Source of the DNA: an uncultured Planctomycetaceae bacterium
Lineage (GTDB): Bacteria > Planctomycetota > Phycisphaerae > SM23-33
Reading direction: 5' to 3'
Length of the DNA: 64,000 bases
Assembly (NCBI GenBank): GCA_964472875.1
Contig: CAYYMD010000005.1
Location: 7,670-71,669 of the forward strand
The notes beneath the pieces were generated by a model. It did no database searches and was not told the origin of the DNA. It was given only the letters and a program-made list of their open reading frames with translations. Shown piece after piece: positions 46,386 to 56,367 of this stretch; the stretch's first letter is position 1, and each line of letters opens with the position of its first letter. The translations under genes and the position numbers were made by a program.

Positions 46386-47411
46386 TCAGCAAATCCGCGG
46401 CAGTTCTTCACCATAGGGCATGCGAATAATCCGCCGGCCGCCTATAGAGGTTACCATTTCCACGAAGGGATTTTCACTTTTGTCGCAGATTCGCCCTATA
46501 TTGGCCGCCCTGGAAGCGATGGGATGCCGCCGGAGCACCTCGACGGCCTTTTCGGCCGCTTCGCCGTCGACCACTGCCACGAGTTTGCCCTCGTTGGCTA
46601 CGGACAGCAGGTCGAGCCCGAGCATTTCCCCGGCCGCCAACGCCGCTTGGTTCATCGGAATCGCCTTCTGACGAATTTCCACATCCGCGCCAGCGCTTTC
46701 GGCCAGTTCAACCAGCGTGGCCGCCACGCCCCCGCGTGTCGGGTCGCGCATGAAGTGCACACTGTCGCCCAGCGACTCCAGCAGGTCGGCGGTCAACTCG
46801 TCAACGGCCGCACAGTCGCTTTGCAGTTCTCCGGTGAACTCCAGCCCCTCACGCAGGCACATCACCGCCAGGCCGTGCTCGCCCGGCGGGCCCGAGAGGA
46901 TAACCGCATCATCCTTCTTTATTCGCTCGAAACCAAGCGACGCCTCCGGCCGCAGTTGCCCCACGCCTGTGGTGTTAATGACAAGCCCGTCCAGCGCATC
47001 GCGCCCCACCACTTTGGTATCGCCGGTTACTATTTTGACACCCGCCTCAGCAGCCGCCCGCCCGGCCGAGGCCAGCAGGCGGCCAAGAAGTTCGATTTCC
47101 ATCCCCTCGGCGATGACAAGGGCAATGCTTATGGCAGCGGGCGCCGCACCTGCCACGGCCAGGTCGTTGACCGTGCCGCAGACCGCCAGTTTGCCGATGT
47201 CGCCGCCGGGAAATTCCAGCGGCTGAACAACGTAAGTGTCGGTGGTAAATGCCACCCGCCCGGCGTCAAAATCCAGCCCCGCTGCGTCGCTGAGGTGCTC
47301 GGCATCCTGCGCGCCGGCTTCGCCCAGCGCTGGGAGAATCACGTCGTGAATAAGTTCGGCGGTCAGTTGTCCCCCGCCGCCGTGCGCGAGTCGAATACGA
47401 TTATCCTGCAA
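46386..47411 (-). CDS. hypE: Hydrogenase maturation protein HypE
   Basis: It has the AIR-synthase-like fold pattern and the diagnostic C-terminal PRIC. Confidence 0.95.
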   Translation of the reverse strand: MQDNRIRLAHGGGGQLTAELIHDVILPALGEAGAQDAEHLSDAAGLDFDAGRVAFTTDTYVVQPLEFPGGDIGKLAVCGTVNDLAVAGAAPAAISIALVIAEGMEIELLGRLLASAGRAAAEAGVKIVTGDTKVVGRDALDGLVINTTGVGQLRPEASLGFERIKKDDAVILSGPPGEHGLAVMCLREGLEFTGELQSDCAAVDELTADLLESLGDSVHFMRDPTRGGVAATLVELAESAGADVEIRQKAIPMNQAALAAGEMLGLDLLSVANEGKLVAVVDGEAAEKAVEVLRRHPIASRAANIGRICDKSENPFVEMVTSIGGRRIIRMPYGEELPRIC

Positions 47412-47441
47412 ATCTGAACTCCGTTCAGGGTTGTTAACAAA

Positions 47442-48548
47442 TCAGCGATTTCTGTATTTATACGCGGCCGCGCACGCACCCTCGGAAGACACCATGCACG
47501 GCCCCAGAGGGCTGCGCGGCGTGCACCGCCCGCCGAACTGCGGACACTTGTCGGGGGCGATGCGACCGCAGATTACATCCCCGCAGCGGCATAAGTCCAG
47601 TTCGGATTTCTTCCTGTCGCGGCTTTCATCTCCCGGTTTTTCTTCCGCGGCAAGGTAAAATTGCTTTTGCGCATCGAAATCCGCGAACTCGCCGCTCGGC
47701 GACAGGCCGCTTTCGGGAATACGCCCCAGCCCGCGCCAGTCGGCGTCGCATGCCTCGAGGGCGCCGTTAACCATTTCCATAGCGTGCGCGTTGCCCCCGG
47801 CCGAGACGACCGGATACACAGTGCAGGCGGCGGGCCGCTGGTCGACAATTTGCCGCAAAATTTCCTCCACTCCGTAGAGAATCTGCCCCGGATCGAAACC
47901 TGCCACCACGCAAGGCCGGCCGTAATCGGCGGCTATCTGCTCATAGGCACGCCAGCCGATTATAACGCTGACATGGCCGGGACACAGGAAGCCGTCTATC
48001 TGAAGATCGCCGGAGTTCAGCAAAGCGTTCATAGCCGGTATGATTAATTTGTGCGCAGCGCAGACGGAAAAGTTATTCACTCCGTTTTCGCGTGCTCGGT
48101 TGAGGGCGATTACCGTCCCCGGCGCCGTGGTCTCGAAACCGACCGCCAGGAACACCACCTGCCTGTCGGGGTTCGCCTCGGCCAGTTCCACCGCCCGCCG
48201 CGCCGAGTAAACCACGCGCACGTCGGCGCCGTCGGCGCGTGCGTCGGCAAGCGAACCGTCCATGCCCGGAACCCGAACCATGTCGCCATAGGTGGCGATG
48301 GTTACGTCGTCGCGCTGGGCCAGAGACACGGCCGCATCTATATACGCCTGATCGGTTACACACACAGGACAGCCCGGACCGGATATCAACTCCAGCCCCT
48401 CCGGCAGCAGAGATCGCAGGCCGCTGCGCGCGATGTTCATGGTGTGCGTGCCACAGACTTCCATTATCCGCACCGGCCTGCCGATGCTTTCGTGCAGATG
48501 GTGTATGCTCTCAAAACGAGCGTTAATTTGTTTATTGCTTGTCGTCAT
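47442..48548 (-). CDS. hypD: Hydrogenase maturation protein HypD
   Basis: Motifs seen are MEVCGTHT, GPGCPVCV and GFETTAP. Confidence 0.95.
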   Translation of the reverse strand: MTTSNKQINARFESIHHLHESIGRPVRIMEVCGTHTMNIARSGLRSLLPEGLELISGPGCPVCVTDQAYIDAAVSLAQRDDVTIATYGDMVRVPGMDGSLADARADGADVRVVYSARRAVELAEANPDRQVVFLAVGFETTAPGTVIALNRARENGVNNFSVCAAHKLIIPAMNALLNSGDLQIDGFLCPGHVSVIIGWRAYEQIAADYGRPCVVAGFDPGQILYGVEEILRQIVDQRPAACTVYPVVSAGGNAHAMEMVNGALEACDADWRGLGRIPESGLSPSGEFADFDAQKQFYLAAEEKPGDESRDRKKSELDLCRCGDVICGRIAPDKCPQFGGRCTPRSPLGPCMVSSEGACAAAYKYRNR

Positions 48549-48771
48549 TGTCCGCGGGCGTGACGTTCATTTCGGCCAGGACGTCGAAGGTTTCCTTCGC
48601 CTGTTCGGCGTCGATAACTGTTATGGCGAAGCCGGCATGAACCAGCACCCAGTCGCCTGCTCCGGCATCGGGGACAAGGTCCAGCGACACTTCTTTCCTG
48701 GCGCCGCCGAGCGTGACGGTGGCGCGATTCGACGTTTTCTTCTCAATTTGTACCGGTACTGCAAGACACAT
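48532..48771 (-). CDS. hypC: Hydrogenase assembly chaperone HypC/HupF
   Basis: 79 aa with the MCLAVPVQI N-terminus. It overlaps hypD. Confidence 0.9.
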   Translation of the reverse strand: MCLAVPVQIEKKTSNRATVTLGGARKEVSLDLVPDAGAGDWVLVHAGFAITVIDAEQAKETFDVLAEMNVTPADNDDKQ

Positions 48772-48775
48772 TATT

Positions 48776-51145
48776 TTATTCCTGTTGTTTGCCTGTTAAC
48801 GCCTGCGACGGCGCTTGTTTGTTTTGCGCTATTCTTGCGGCGGCTACAATCGCCTGCCCCAGGGCCACGCCCCCGTCGCCGGGTGGGATAATCCTGTGAC
48901 GGATGACCTTCAGGCCCTTATCGGACAGCAACTCAATAACGCGGGCAGTCAGATATCTGTTGGCGAAGCAGCCGCCGGTAATGGCTACGGTCTCGAGGTT
49001 TGTTTCCTCGGCGGCGCGGACGGCGGCGGCGGTCAGAAATTCCGCGACAGTATTATGAAACTTCGCCGCAATTACCTCCGATGTCATCCCGCCTTCCAGG
49101 TCCGCAATTATATCTCTTACCATTATACACGGGTCTATGTGAAATTTCACGGTGCCGGCGGCTTCGACGATTTCAAATCCGTAGGAAGAATCGACGCCTT
49201 TTTCCACGGCCGCCTCGAGCTTCATGGGGGCTTCGCCCTCGTAGCGGTTTTTCTCGGCCACGCCGGTCATCCATGCCACGGCATCGAATAACCTGCCCAG
49301 CGAACTGGTCGGCGGGCAGTTGACGCCGGTCCGCAGCATCTCCATGGCCGCATGGATGTTTTCCGCTTCGGCTCGGCCGCGACACGCCGACATGCGCTCG
49401 GCGCAATCCGACCCGAATGCTCCATGCAGCGCCGCAAGCGCCGGCCGCCACGTCTGCACGGCCGCGGCGTCGCCACCGATAAGCGGCATCTCCTTCAGGT
49501 GGCCAATCCGTCGATAAGAGGCCAGGTCGGCGCGGAGAATTTCACAGCCCCACACGCCCCCGCCCGGGCCGTACCCTACGCCGTCACACGCAAGACCGAT
49601 GACCGGGCCATTGGTGGAATTCTCACCCAGGCACGCGGCCACGTGCGCGTGGTGGTGCTGAACCTTCTCAAGCGGCAGGTTGTCATCCTCGCTGCGCCGG
49701 GTAGCGTAGCGGCTGGAGAGGTACTGCGGATGCAGGTCGGCCGCGATGAGCGACGGCTCAAACTCGAACAGTCGACAGAGGTGTTCGATGGTGTCCGTAT
49801 AATGGCGATAGGTTCTCGAGTCGGTCAGGTCGCCGATGTGCTCGCTTATCAGGGCGCGGTCGTTCTGTATCAGGCAGAACGTGTTGTTTAACTCCGCCCC
49901 CACGGCCAGAATGCGCGCATCGGCGATGTTAAGACCCTCCAGCCGCACCGGCCTCGGCGCATATCCCCGCGCGCGACGCAGCAGGGCCGTGGCACCGTCG
50001 GTGTGCAGTTGCGCGACGCTGTCGTCGAGGCGGCGGGCGATGGGACGGTCGTGGATCAGGAACGCATCGGCAATGTCGCCCAGCAGGCGCAGGGCCTCGT
50101 CGTTGTCCTTGACCAGCGGCTCGTGAGAGAGATTGCCGGATGTCATCACCAGCGGCAGTTCGCGGACCGCCTCCTCGGCAAACAGCAGGTGATGCACGGG
50201 CGTGTAAGGCAGCATCACGCCGAGCGTGTCGAGGCCTTCGGCCACGCCCGCAGCGATATCGGCCTCCTCGCGGGTCGGCATGATGACTATCGGCCGCAGC
50301 GGCCCTTCCAGCAGGCGCGCGGCATCTTCGCTGACGCGGCACAAACGCCGGGCGCCGGCAAGGTCAGCCACCATAAGCGCGAACGGCTTGGCATCGCGGC
50401 GCTTCCTGCGGCGAAGGCGCGCCACGGCCTGTTCCTCGTCGCCGCGGCAGGCCAGGTGAAAACCGCCCAGCCCCTTGATGGCCAGTATTTTCCCGTCGCG
50501 GAGTATCTCGGCCGCCGTGGCGAAGGGCGACTCGGCCTGCATCTGCCGGCCACGGTTATCGCTCAGCCATACTTGTGGGCCACAGTCGGGGCACGCCACC
50601 GGCTGTGCGTGAAACCGCCTGTCGGCCGGGTCGTCATACTGTGATTTGCAGAAGTCGCACATCGGGAACGCGGCCATCGTCGTATTGGGGCGGTCGTATG
50701 GTATGCCGCCAACGATGGTGTATCTCGGCCCGCAGTTGGTGCAGTTTATGAATGGGTAGCGGTAACGTTTGTCGGCCGGGTCGAACAATTCCTTCAAACA
50801 CTCGGCGCACGTGGCGGTATCGACGGTCACCTGCGCTTCGGCCAGGCCGGACTCGCTGGATGGCACGATGCGAAAGTCGCTTTCACCGGCGCGCAGCTCG
50901 ATTTCCCGCCGGTCGCACGAGGCGATTTCCGCAAGCGGCGGCAATTCGCTGCCCAGTCGCCGGGCAAAGTCGTCAACGGCGTTCCTGTGGCCCTGAACCT
51001 CGATGAGCACGCCACGGGCGTCGTTGGAGACCCGGCCGGTAAGACCAAGCCCCGCCGCCAGGCGGTACACAAACGGGCGGAAGCCGACGCCCTGGACCTG
51101 TCCTGTGATGCGAAAGCGGCTACGAATTTTTTGCTGGTTGGCCAT
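48776..51145 (-). CDS. hypF: Carbamoyltransferase HypF
   Basis: The acylphosphatase N-terminus is FRITGQVQGVGFRPFVYRLA. Twin zinc fingers are present (CAECLKELFDPADKRYRYPFINCTNCGPRY; CDFCKSQYDDPADRRFHAQPVACPDCGP), followed by YrdC-like and Kae1-like domains. Confidence 0.95.
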   Translation of the reverse strand: MANQQKIRSRFRITGQVQGVGFRPFVYRLAAGLGLTGRVSNDARGVLIEVQGHRNAVDDFARRLGSELPPLAEIASCDRREIELRAGESDFRIVPSSESGLAEAQVTVDTATCAECLKELFDPADKRYRYPFINCTNCGPRYTIVGGIPYDRPNTTMAAFPMCDFCKSQYDDPADRRFHAQPVACPDCGPQVWLSDNRGRQMQAESPFATAAEILRDGKILAIKGLGGFHLACRGDEEQAVARLRRRKRRDAKPFALMVADLAGARRLCRVSEDAARLLEGPLRPIVIMPTREEADIAAGVAEGLDTLGVMLPYTPVHHLLFAEEAVRELPLVMTSGNLSHEPLVKDNDEALRLLGDIADAFLIHDRPIARRLDDSVAQLHTDGATALLRRARGYAPRPVRLEGLNIADARILAVGAELNNTFCLIQNDRALISEHIGDLTDSRTYRHYTDTIEHLCRLFEFEPSLIAADLHPQYLSSRYATRRSEDDNLPLEKVQHHHAHVAACLGENSTNGPVIGLACDGVGYGPGGGVWGCEILRADLASYRRIGHLKEMPLIGGDAAAVQTWRPALAALHGAFGSDCAERMSACRGRAEAENIHAAMEMLRTGVNCPPTSSLGRLFDAVAWMTGVAEKNRYEGEAPMKLEAAVEKGVDSSYGFEIVEAAGTVKFHIDPCIMVRDIIADLEGGMTSEVIAAKFHNTVAEFLTAAAVRAAEETNLETVAITGGCFANRYLTARVIELLSDKGLKVIRHRIIPPGDGGVALGQAIVAAARIAQNKQAPSQALTGKQQE

Positions 51146-51259
51146 GATTACACATTGGATTGAGCACTACATTGTACAACAATCGAGCGGGTATTGTGAT
51201 GTTTTGGGCAGGCGTAAGGTCCCGCGGACTTGTAAAAACCATCGATTGCGACGATACTC

Positions 51260-51904
51260 TTGGTCCGTATGGAAGACATCGCGCGAAAACTGGCCGGCAG
51301 GTTCATCGTCATAGACGGCCCGGACGGTGCGGGCAAGTCCACGCAGATGGAAATGCTCGCCGACCGACTGGAGAAAACCGGCGCGTCACTGGTGCGGACG
51401 CGTGACCCGGGCGGAACCGTCATCGGCGACAAGATACGGGATATTCTGCTGGACGGCAGGCACGATACAATGTCCGTCGAGTGCGAGGTGATGCTTTACA
51501 TGGCCAGCAGGGCGCAACTCGTGGCGGAGGTGATTCGCCCGGCACTTGCCGAGGGCAGGTGCGTGCTGTGCGACAGGTACATCTCCGCGACGGTCGCCTA
51601 TCAGGGCGCCGGCGGGGCCGACATAGACGCCATCCGCCGCGTGGGCGAAATAGCCGTGGGAGGGCTGATGCCGGATTTGACGATAATACTGGACATTCCG
51701 GCCGATGAGGGGCTCTCGCGCCTCGGCGAGTCGCCGGATCGTATGGAGTCCAAGGATGCGGCTTTCCACAGGCGCGTGAGGGAAATGTTCCTCGAACAGG
51801 CCGAACAGATGCCGGAAAGATTCGAAGTAGCCGAGGCAACAGGACCGCCCGAGAGTGTCCACAAAAAAATCCTGGATGCAATATCTGCATACCCTTGGGA
51901 ATGA
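51260..51904 (+). CDS. tmk: dTMP (thymidylate) kinase
   Basis: The P-loop is FIVIDGPDGAGKSTQ, with DRYISATVAYQG downstream. Confidence 0.9.
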   Translation: MVRMEDIARKLAGRFIVIDGPDGAGKSTQMEMLADRLEKTGASLVRTRDPGGTVIGDKIRDILLDGRHDTMSVECEVMLYMASRAQLVAEVIRPALAEGRCVLCDRYISATVAYQGAGGADIDAIRRVGEIAVGGLMPDLTIILDIPADEGLSRLGESPDRMESKDAAFHRRVREMFLEQAEQMPERFEVAEATGPPESVHKKILDAISAYPWE

Positions 51905-51984
51905 ATTTAAAATTTCTTGACAAACGACATTGAAAGGTCGATATTATAAATAGGGATAAGGGAAATTTTGATTGGATAAATTAT

Positions 51985-52033
51985 GGCTTTGTCTTACGCG
52001 TGACATCAATAGCAAGGCAAGGCCTTTTTATTT
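51985..52033 (+). terminator. Hairpin plus U-tract downstream of tmk and upstream of the NYN gene
   Basis: GGCTTTGTCTT (51985-51995) pairs with AAGGCAAGGCC (52014-52024). That gives 11 bp including two G:U pairs. TTTTTATTT follows. Confidence 0.5.
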
Positions 52034-52052
52034 GTAATGGGGATATTTTGAA

Positions 52053-52691
52053 ATGAAAAAGAAAGCAGCCATATTAATTGACGGTGGGTTTGTTTTAAAA
52101 AGACTATACCTTCTTATGGGTAGAACATGTCCTGAGGCCGAAGATGTATATCGATTTGCACATGCATGCTTAGGGGATGATGAAGAAATTTTCCGAATAT
52201 ACTTTTATGATTGCCCTCCTTACGAAGAAAATGCCTGCAATCCACTTGATCCCGAGCACCCGATAAACTTCGCCGAGACGAGTGTAGCAATTCGTAACAG
52301 ACGTCCGCAGCAGCAACTTTCCTTAATGCCGCACGTCGCGTTTCGCAAAGGCGAACTTTTACTGCAAGGGTGGCGATTGTCAGGCAAGTTGCAGAAAGAA
52401 ATTATCAGTAAACACAGACCGATTTGTAAGGATGATCTTTCGCCCGAACTGCGTCAGAAGCGTGTGGATATAAAAATCGGACTGGACGTAGCATGGCTTG
52501 CTTCAAAAAGGATTGTAGACAGGATAATACTGGTAACCGGAGATACGGACTTCATACCGGCGATGAAATTCGCCAGAGGCGAAGGTGCACAGGTAGTGCT
52601 TATAACGATGGGAGTAAAAGTAAAATCTTCGCTCAGGGAAAATACTGATCTGATTAGAAAAGGTTGGCCCCTGCGCGATGATGAAGCGTAG
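52053..52691 (+). CDS. NYN (LabA/PIN-like) domain protein
   Basis: 212 aa. The pattern is AAILIDGGFVLKRL...RQKRVDIKIGLDVAWLA...DRIILVTGDTDFIPAMKFARGEGAQVVLI. It is clearly more AT-rich than flanking tmk and holB. Confidence 0.7.
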   Translation: MKKKAAILIDGGFVLKRLYLLMGRTCPEAEDVYRFAHACLGDDEEIFRIYFYDCPPYEENACNPLDPEHPINFAETSVAIRNRRPQQQLSLMPHVAFRKGELLLQGWRLSGKLQKEIISKHRPICKDDLSPELRQKRVDIKIGLDVAWLASKRIVDRIILVTGDTDFIPAMKFARGEGAQVVLITMGVKVKSSLRENTDLIRKGWPLRDDEA

Positions 52692-52705
52692 GATGGACAG
52701 ATAAA

Positions 52706-53857
52706 ATGCTTCAGTTTACGGACATAGTCGGACAGGATGAGGCGATTATGCGTCTGCAGGAGGCGATGCGGTCACATCGCGCGCCGCACGCGTACATCTT
52801 CGCAGGTCCTGAGGGCGTTGGCAGGCGGACCACGGCCGAGGCACTGGCCGCGACTCTGCTCTGCCACAATGCCGCGGAGGTCGATTCGCCCGAGGCGCTG
52901 CAGCGGGCGGGCATGGACAAAATAGTCCAGGCCTGCGGCAAGTGCAGCGACTGCCGCACAGTGGCCGACGGCACACACAGTGACTATCACGTCATCCGCA
53001 AGGAACTGGCCCACTACCACCAGGACGCCAACGTCCGCAACCGCAAGATGCAGGAACTGTCGATAGACGTTATCCGCAGTTTCCTTATCGAACTGGCCGG
53101 GCGCACATCCGCCGGCGGTCGGGGCAAGGTGTTCGTGGTGCTGGAGGCGGAACTGATGAGCACCGCAGCGCAGAATGCGCTGCTCAAGACGCTCGAGGAG
53201 CCGCCGGATGGGGTGACAATCATACTTGTATGCAGCCGACCCGAGCGCCTGCTGCCCACCACGCTGAGCCGCTGTTCGATGGTGCGGTTCGTTCCGCTGA
53301 CCGCGGAATTCGTGGCGTCGCGGCTGTCCGAGGCGGGCGCGGACAAGGAACAGGCGCGTTTCTGGGCGGCGTTTACAGGCGGGTCGCTTGGCCGCGCGAT
53401 GAGACTGTCGCAAAAGGATCTTTACGAGACGAAGACCGAAATCATCCGGCGGCTGGCCTCGCCCGCGCCCGGGGAGGAGATGGAATTCGGCGAGGAACTG
53501 GCCGGCATAATGGACAATTTCGCAAAGGACATGGTCAGCGATACGAGTCAACAGGAAGGGCCGGAACTGGCCAAGACTCTCGCCGACCGTAGGGCGGCCG
53601 CCGTTCTGCTGGGCATTATCTCATCGGCCTACCGCGATGCGATGAAAATCGCCGCCGCTGCGGAGGCGGATCTGACAAACTCCGACCAGGCGGACGCCGT
53701 TAGCGCCATAGCCGCCCGCTTCGATACGGTGCGCCTGGCCGATATCATCGAACAAATGGGACGCTTTGAGCAACTGCTGTGGCGTAACTTAAACGCCAAG
53801 ATAATCTGGTCGAACGTGGCCGTCACGTGCGCATCGGGCGCGCCGCTGAACGTGTGA
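52706..53857 (+). CDS. holB: DNA polymerase III subunit delta'
   Basis: Motifs seen are HAYIFAGPEGVGRRTTAEALA, the zinc module CGKCSDCR and LLKTLEEPPDGVTIILV. Confidence 0.85.
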   Translation: MLQFTDIVGQDEAIMRLQEAMRSHRAPHAYIFAGPEGVGRRTTAEALAATLLCHNAAEVDSPEALQRAGMDKIVQACGKCSDCRTVADGTHSDYHVIRKELAHYHQDANVRNRKMQELSIDVIRSFLIELAGRTSAGGRGKVFVVLEAELMSTAAQNALLKTLEEPPDGVTIILVCSRPERLLPTTLSRCSMVRFVPLTAEFVASRLSEAGADKEQARFWAAFTGGSLGRAMRLSQKDLYETKTEIIRRLASPAPGEEMEFGEELAGIMDNFAKDMVSDTSQQEGPELAKTLADRRAAAVLLGIISSAYRDAMKIAAAAEADLTNSDQADAVSAIAARFDTVRLADIIEQMGRFEQLLWRNLNAKIIWSNVAVTCASGAPLNV

Positions 53858-53949
53858 ACACGGAGGGTTACACTTGACCGTGATAAACAAGGGCGAATAT
53901 CATTCCATGGCGAAGCCATGTATTAAAACATTGGTCATCGGAGCCAAAC

Positions 53950-54579
53950 ATGAAATCTGCTGAAGTTCCCAATCCGGTCGTAAGAAGAATCAGTCTATAC
54001 TTGAGACAACTCGAGGAATTCTCGGCACGCGGCATGGAGAAGGTCTCCAGCAGGGAACTGGCCGAGAGTCTCCAGCTCAGCGACGCCCAGGTACGCAAGG
54101 ACCTGGGGTACTTCGGACATTTCGGGCAGACCGGCGTGGGATATCAGGTCAGCGATCTCGTGGACGAACTCAAACGCATACTGGGCACGGATCGAATGCA
54201 CGAGGTAGTGGTTGTCGGCGCCGGCGACCTTGGCAGGGCGTTGTTGCGATACAAGGGTTTTGTGCCGAAGGGATTCGAACTCGCGGCGGCGTTCGACGTG
54301 GCGGCGGGCAAGGTCGGCAAAAAGGTCGGCTCTGTTCCCGTCTATCACATGGACAAACTCAAGGATGTAACCGCCGAACACAACGCGAAGCTGGCGGTGG
54401 TGACCGTTCCCGCCGAAGCCGCCCAGGAGGTTACCGATGCGCTGTGCGAGGCGGGAATAAAGGGAATACTGAATTTCGCCCCCACCACAATACAAACGCC
54501 TGCGGAAACCGCCGTTTACCAGGTTGATCTCGCGGCGGGACTCGAACAATTGTCTTTCCGCCTGAAAGATAAAAACTGA
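53950..54579 (+). CDS. rex: Redox-sensing transcriptional repressor Rex
   Basis: The winged-helix N-terminus is VVRRISLYLRQLEEF...SSRELAE. The Rossmann motif is VVVVGAGDLGRALL. Confidence 0.9.
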   Translation: MKSAEVPNPVVRRISLYLRQLEEFSARGMEKVSSRELAESLQLSDAQVRKDLGYFGHFGQTGVGYQVSDLVDELKRILGTDRMHEVVVVGAGDLGRALLRYKGFVPKGFELAAAFDVAAGKVGKKVGSVPVYHMDKLKDVTAEHNAKLAVVTVPAEAAQEVTDALCEAGIKGILNFAPTTIQTPAETAVYQVDLAAGLEQLSFRLKDKN

Positions 54580-54729
54580 CCCGCGGCTGATGTAGCTGTC
54601 GACCGCTCAGTGCCCGAGTGCGCATATATTACGATGGATGACTATGGTTCGGACGAATAAGGCAAAGGGGACTTTTCGGAAACGTCCGACTCACCGGGTG
54701 AATAATCCGGCGTCGACCCGAACGTTAGA

Positions 54730-55041
54730 CTACTGTCCCGGTCCTTTCTGCTCCATGCCTTTCTGAAGTTTGATTTTCATCAAACGGCCGGCCTTGAACT
54801 TGACCGCCCGGCGGGGTGGAACTTTTACTCTTTCGAGCGTTTTGGGGTTCTGCGCGATGCGCTCGGCGCGATCCTTGGTCTCGAATACTCCGAAATCACG
54901 GAACTCCAGGCGGTTGCCCTTGCCAAGTTCGTCTATGATTTCGTCGAGAAAACGCTGGACCACTTCCTTGACCAGAATGCGTTTCGTGTCGGCCTTGTCG
55001 GCGATCCTGTCTACCAATTCCTTCTTTGTTACTGTATGCAT
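54730..55041 (-). CDS. HU/IHF family DNA-binding protein
   Basis: The track ORF is 54730..55137. I prefer the start at 55041 (MHTVTKKELVDRIADKA). The HU fold pattern is FRDFGVFETKDRAERIAQNPKTLERVKVPPRRAVKFKAG. Confidence 0.85.
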   Translation of the reverse strand: MHTVTKKELVDRIADKADTKRILVKEVVQRFLDEIIDELGKGNRLEFRDFGVFETKDRAERIAQNPKTLERVKVPPRRAVKFKAGRLMKIKLQKGMEQKGPGQ

Positions 55042-55198
55042 AGCGTCACCCTTTGCCTGGGTTAAAAGAACCTTATGCTTAACCTTCGACCGGAATCCAC
55101 TCACATGGCAAAACCATGATATGCCGGTTATTTCCAACGTGCTAAATATATATTATGGCATTACCTATCAACGCCACAAGAAAAATTTTACGTATTCT

Positions 55199-56251
55199 TT
55201 ACGATTCTTCGTCGGGAAGATCGCGGCTGTGGCGGAGGTCTTCGAGTTTGTCAAGCGGTTTGCGGAGCATGTTCGTGCGTGTGGTGCGGATATTTTCGTA
55301 TGTCCGCGAGACCGTATCGAGCTGGCTGCCGAGGCGGTCTATCTCCTCATTGTATTTCTGCCACTGCTTGTCGAACTCGTGTAACAGGTTCATCACCTCG
55401 TCGGCCGCGCGCATGAGATTGGCGCTTTCGGCCGACTGGCGAATCACCGCCAGCATGGCGTACAAGGTCAGCGGGCTGGCCAGGACGACCTTGCGCGACA
55501 ACGCCTGGTCTATCATGTCCGGCCCGGCCTCCAAGGCCAGTGCGTAAACCTGCTCGCTCGGTACGAACAATATCACGTAATCGACCGTTGGTATTTTCTT
55601 GTCCACGTAACCGCGCGACGATACGGCGCGGACGTGTGAATTAAGGTCCGACACGAGTTGTTTGCAGGCCGCCTTGATTGCCTCGTCGGTTTCGGCGTCG
55701 AGGTAGGCCTTGTACGCCTCGAGCGGAAATTTCACATCCATGTTGACCTTCAGGTCGTTGGGAAGGAAGAAGGTAAAGTCCGGCCGGTCGTTGCCCGTGG
55801 CGTATTGGCTGTCCTGCTTGGCATAGTTTATACCCTCGGCCATGCCCGCCAGCCGGAGGATGTCCTCGGCCATGCGCTCGCCCCACGCGCCTCGCCGCTG
55901 CGTGCTTGCAAGCATGCGGTGCAGTTCTCCGGTGGTCTGCGAGAGTGTCTGAAGTGATTTGTCCAGTTCGCCGAAGTCCTGCTTCCTGGAAGACTCCACA
56001 CTTTGAAGGTATCCGCGCACGTGCTCGAGGCGGTCGTTGACCGCCTTGATGGCCTGGTCGATGAGTTCCTTCTTGGACTCCATCGCGGCCGCGGTCTGTG
56101 CGGCCAGGCGCTGCGAGTTGGAATCGAGCGCTTCGGTCGCCAGGGCCTTGAAGGCGTCGCGCGAGCGGGCGTAGTACACCCTGCCGATTATAAATACAAG
56201 CGCTGCGCTAATAACCGCACCCATCAAAAATCCGATAATAAAGTAAATCAT
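55199..56251 (-). CDS. rmuC: DNA recombination protein RmuC
   Basis: It has an N-terminal TM segment and a coiled coil. The RmuC nuclease-like core is RPDFTFFLPNDLKVNMDVKFPLEAY...ILFVPSEQVY. Confidence 0.85.
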   Translation of the reverse strand: MIYFIIGFLMGAVISAALVFIIGRVYYARSRDAFKALATEALDSNSQRLAAQTAAAMESKKELIDQAIKAVNDRLEHVRGYLQSVESSRKQDFGELDKSLQTLSQTTGELHRMLASTQRRGAWGERMAEDILRLAGMAEGINYAKQDSQYATGNDRPDFTFFLPNDLKVNMDVKFPLEAYKAYLDAETDEAIKAACKQLVSDLNSHVRAVSSRGYVDKKIPTVDYVILFVPSEQVYALALEAGPDMIDQALSRKVVLASPLTLYAMLAVIRQSAESANLMRAADEVMNLLHEFDKQWQKYNEEIDRLGSQLDTVSRTYENIRTTRTNMLRKPLDKLEDLRHSRDLPDEES

Positions 56252-56367
56252 CTTATTGTCTGAAGGTATTGTATTGCCCGGCCGGCCAAATAAAAAGCCC
56301 CCACGCGGGAAACGCAGGGACTTTTATTAATTAGTCTTTATCCGCATTAATCTCTCGTACATCCCCG

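Noticed and set aside
53858-53949. A Rex operator candidate (TGTGAACACGGAGGGTTACAC) upstream of rex.
   Set aside because: The half-site spacing (9 nt) and the second half-site do not fit the TTGTGAA-N4-TTCACAA Rex box consensus.
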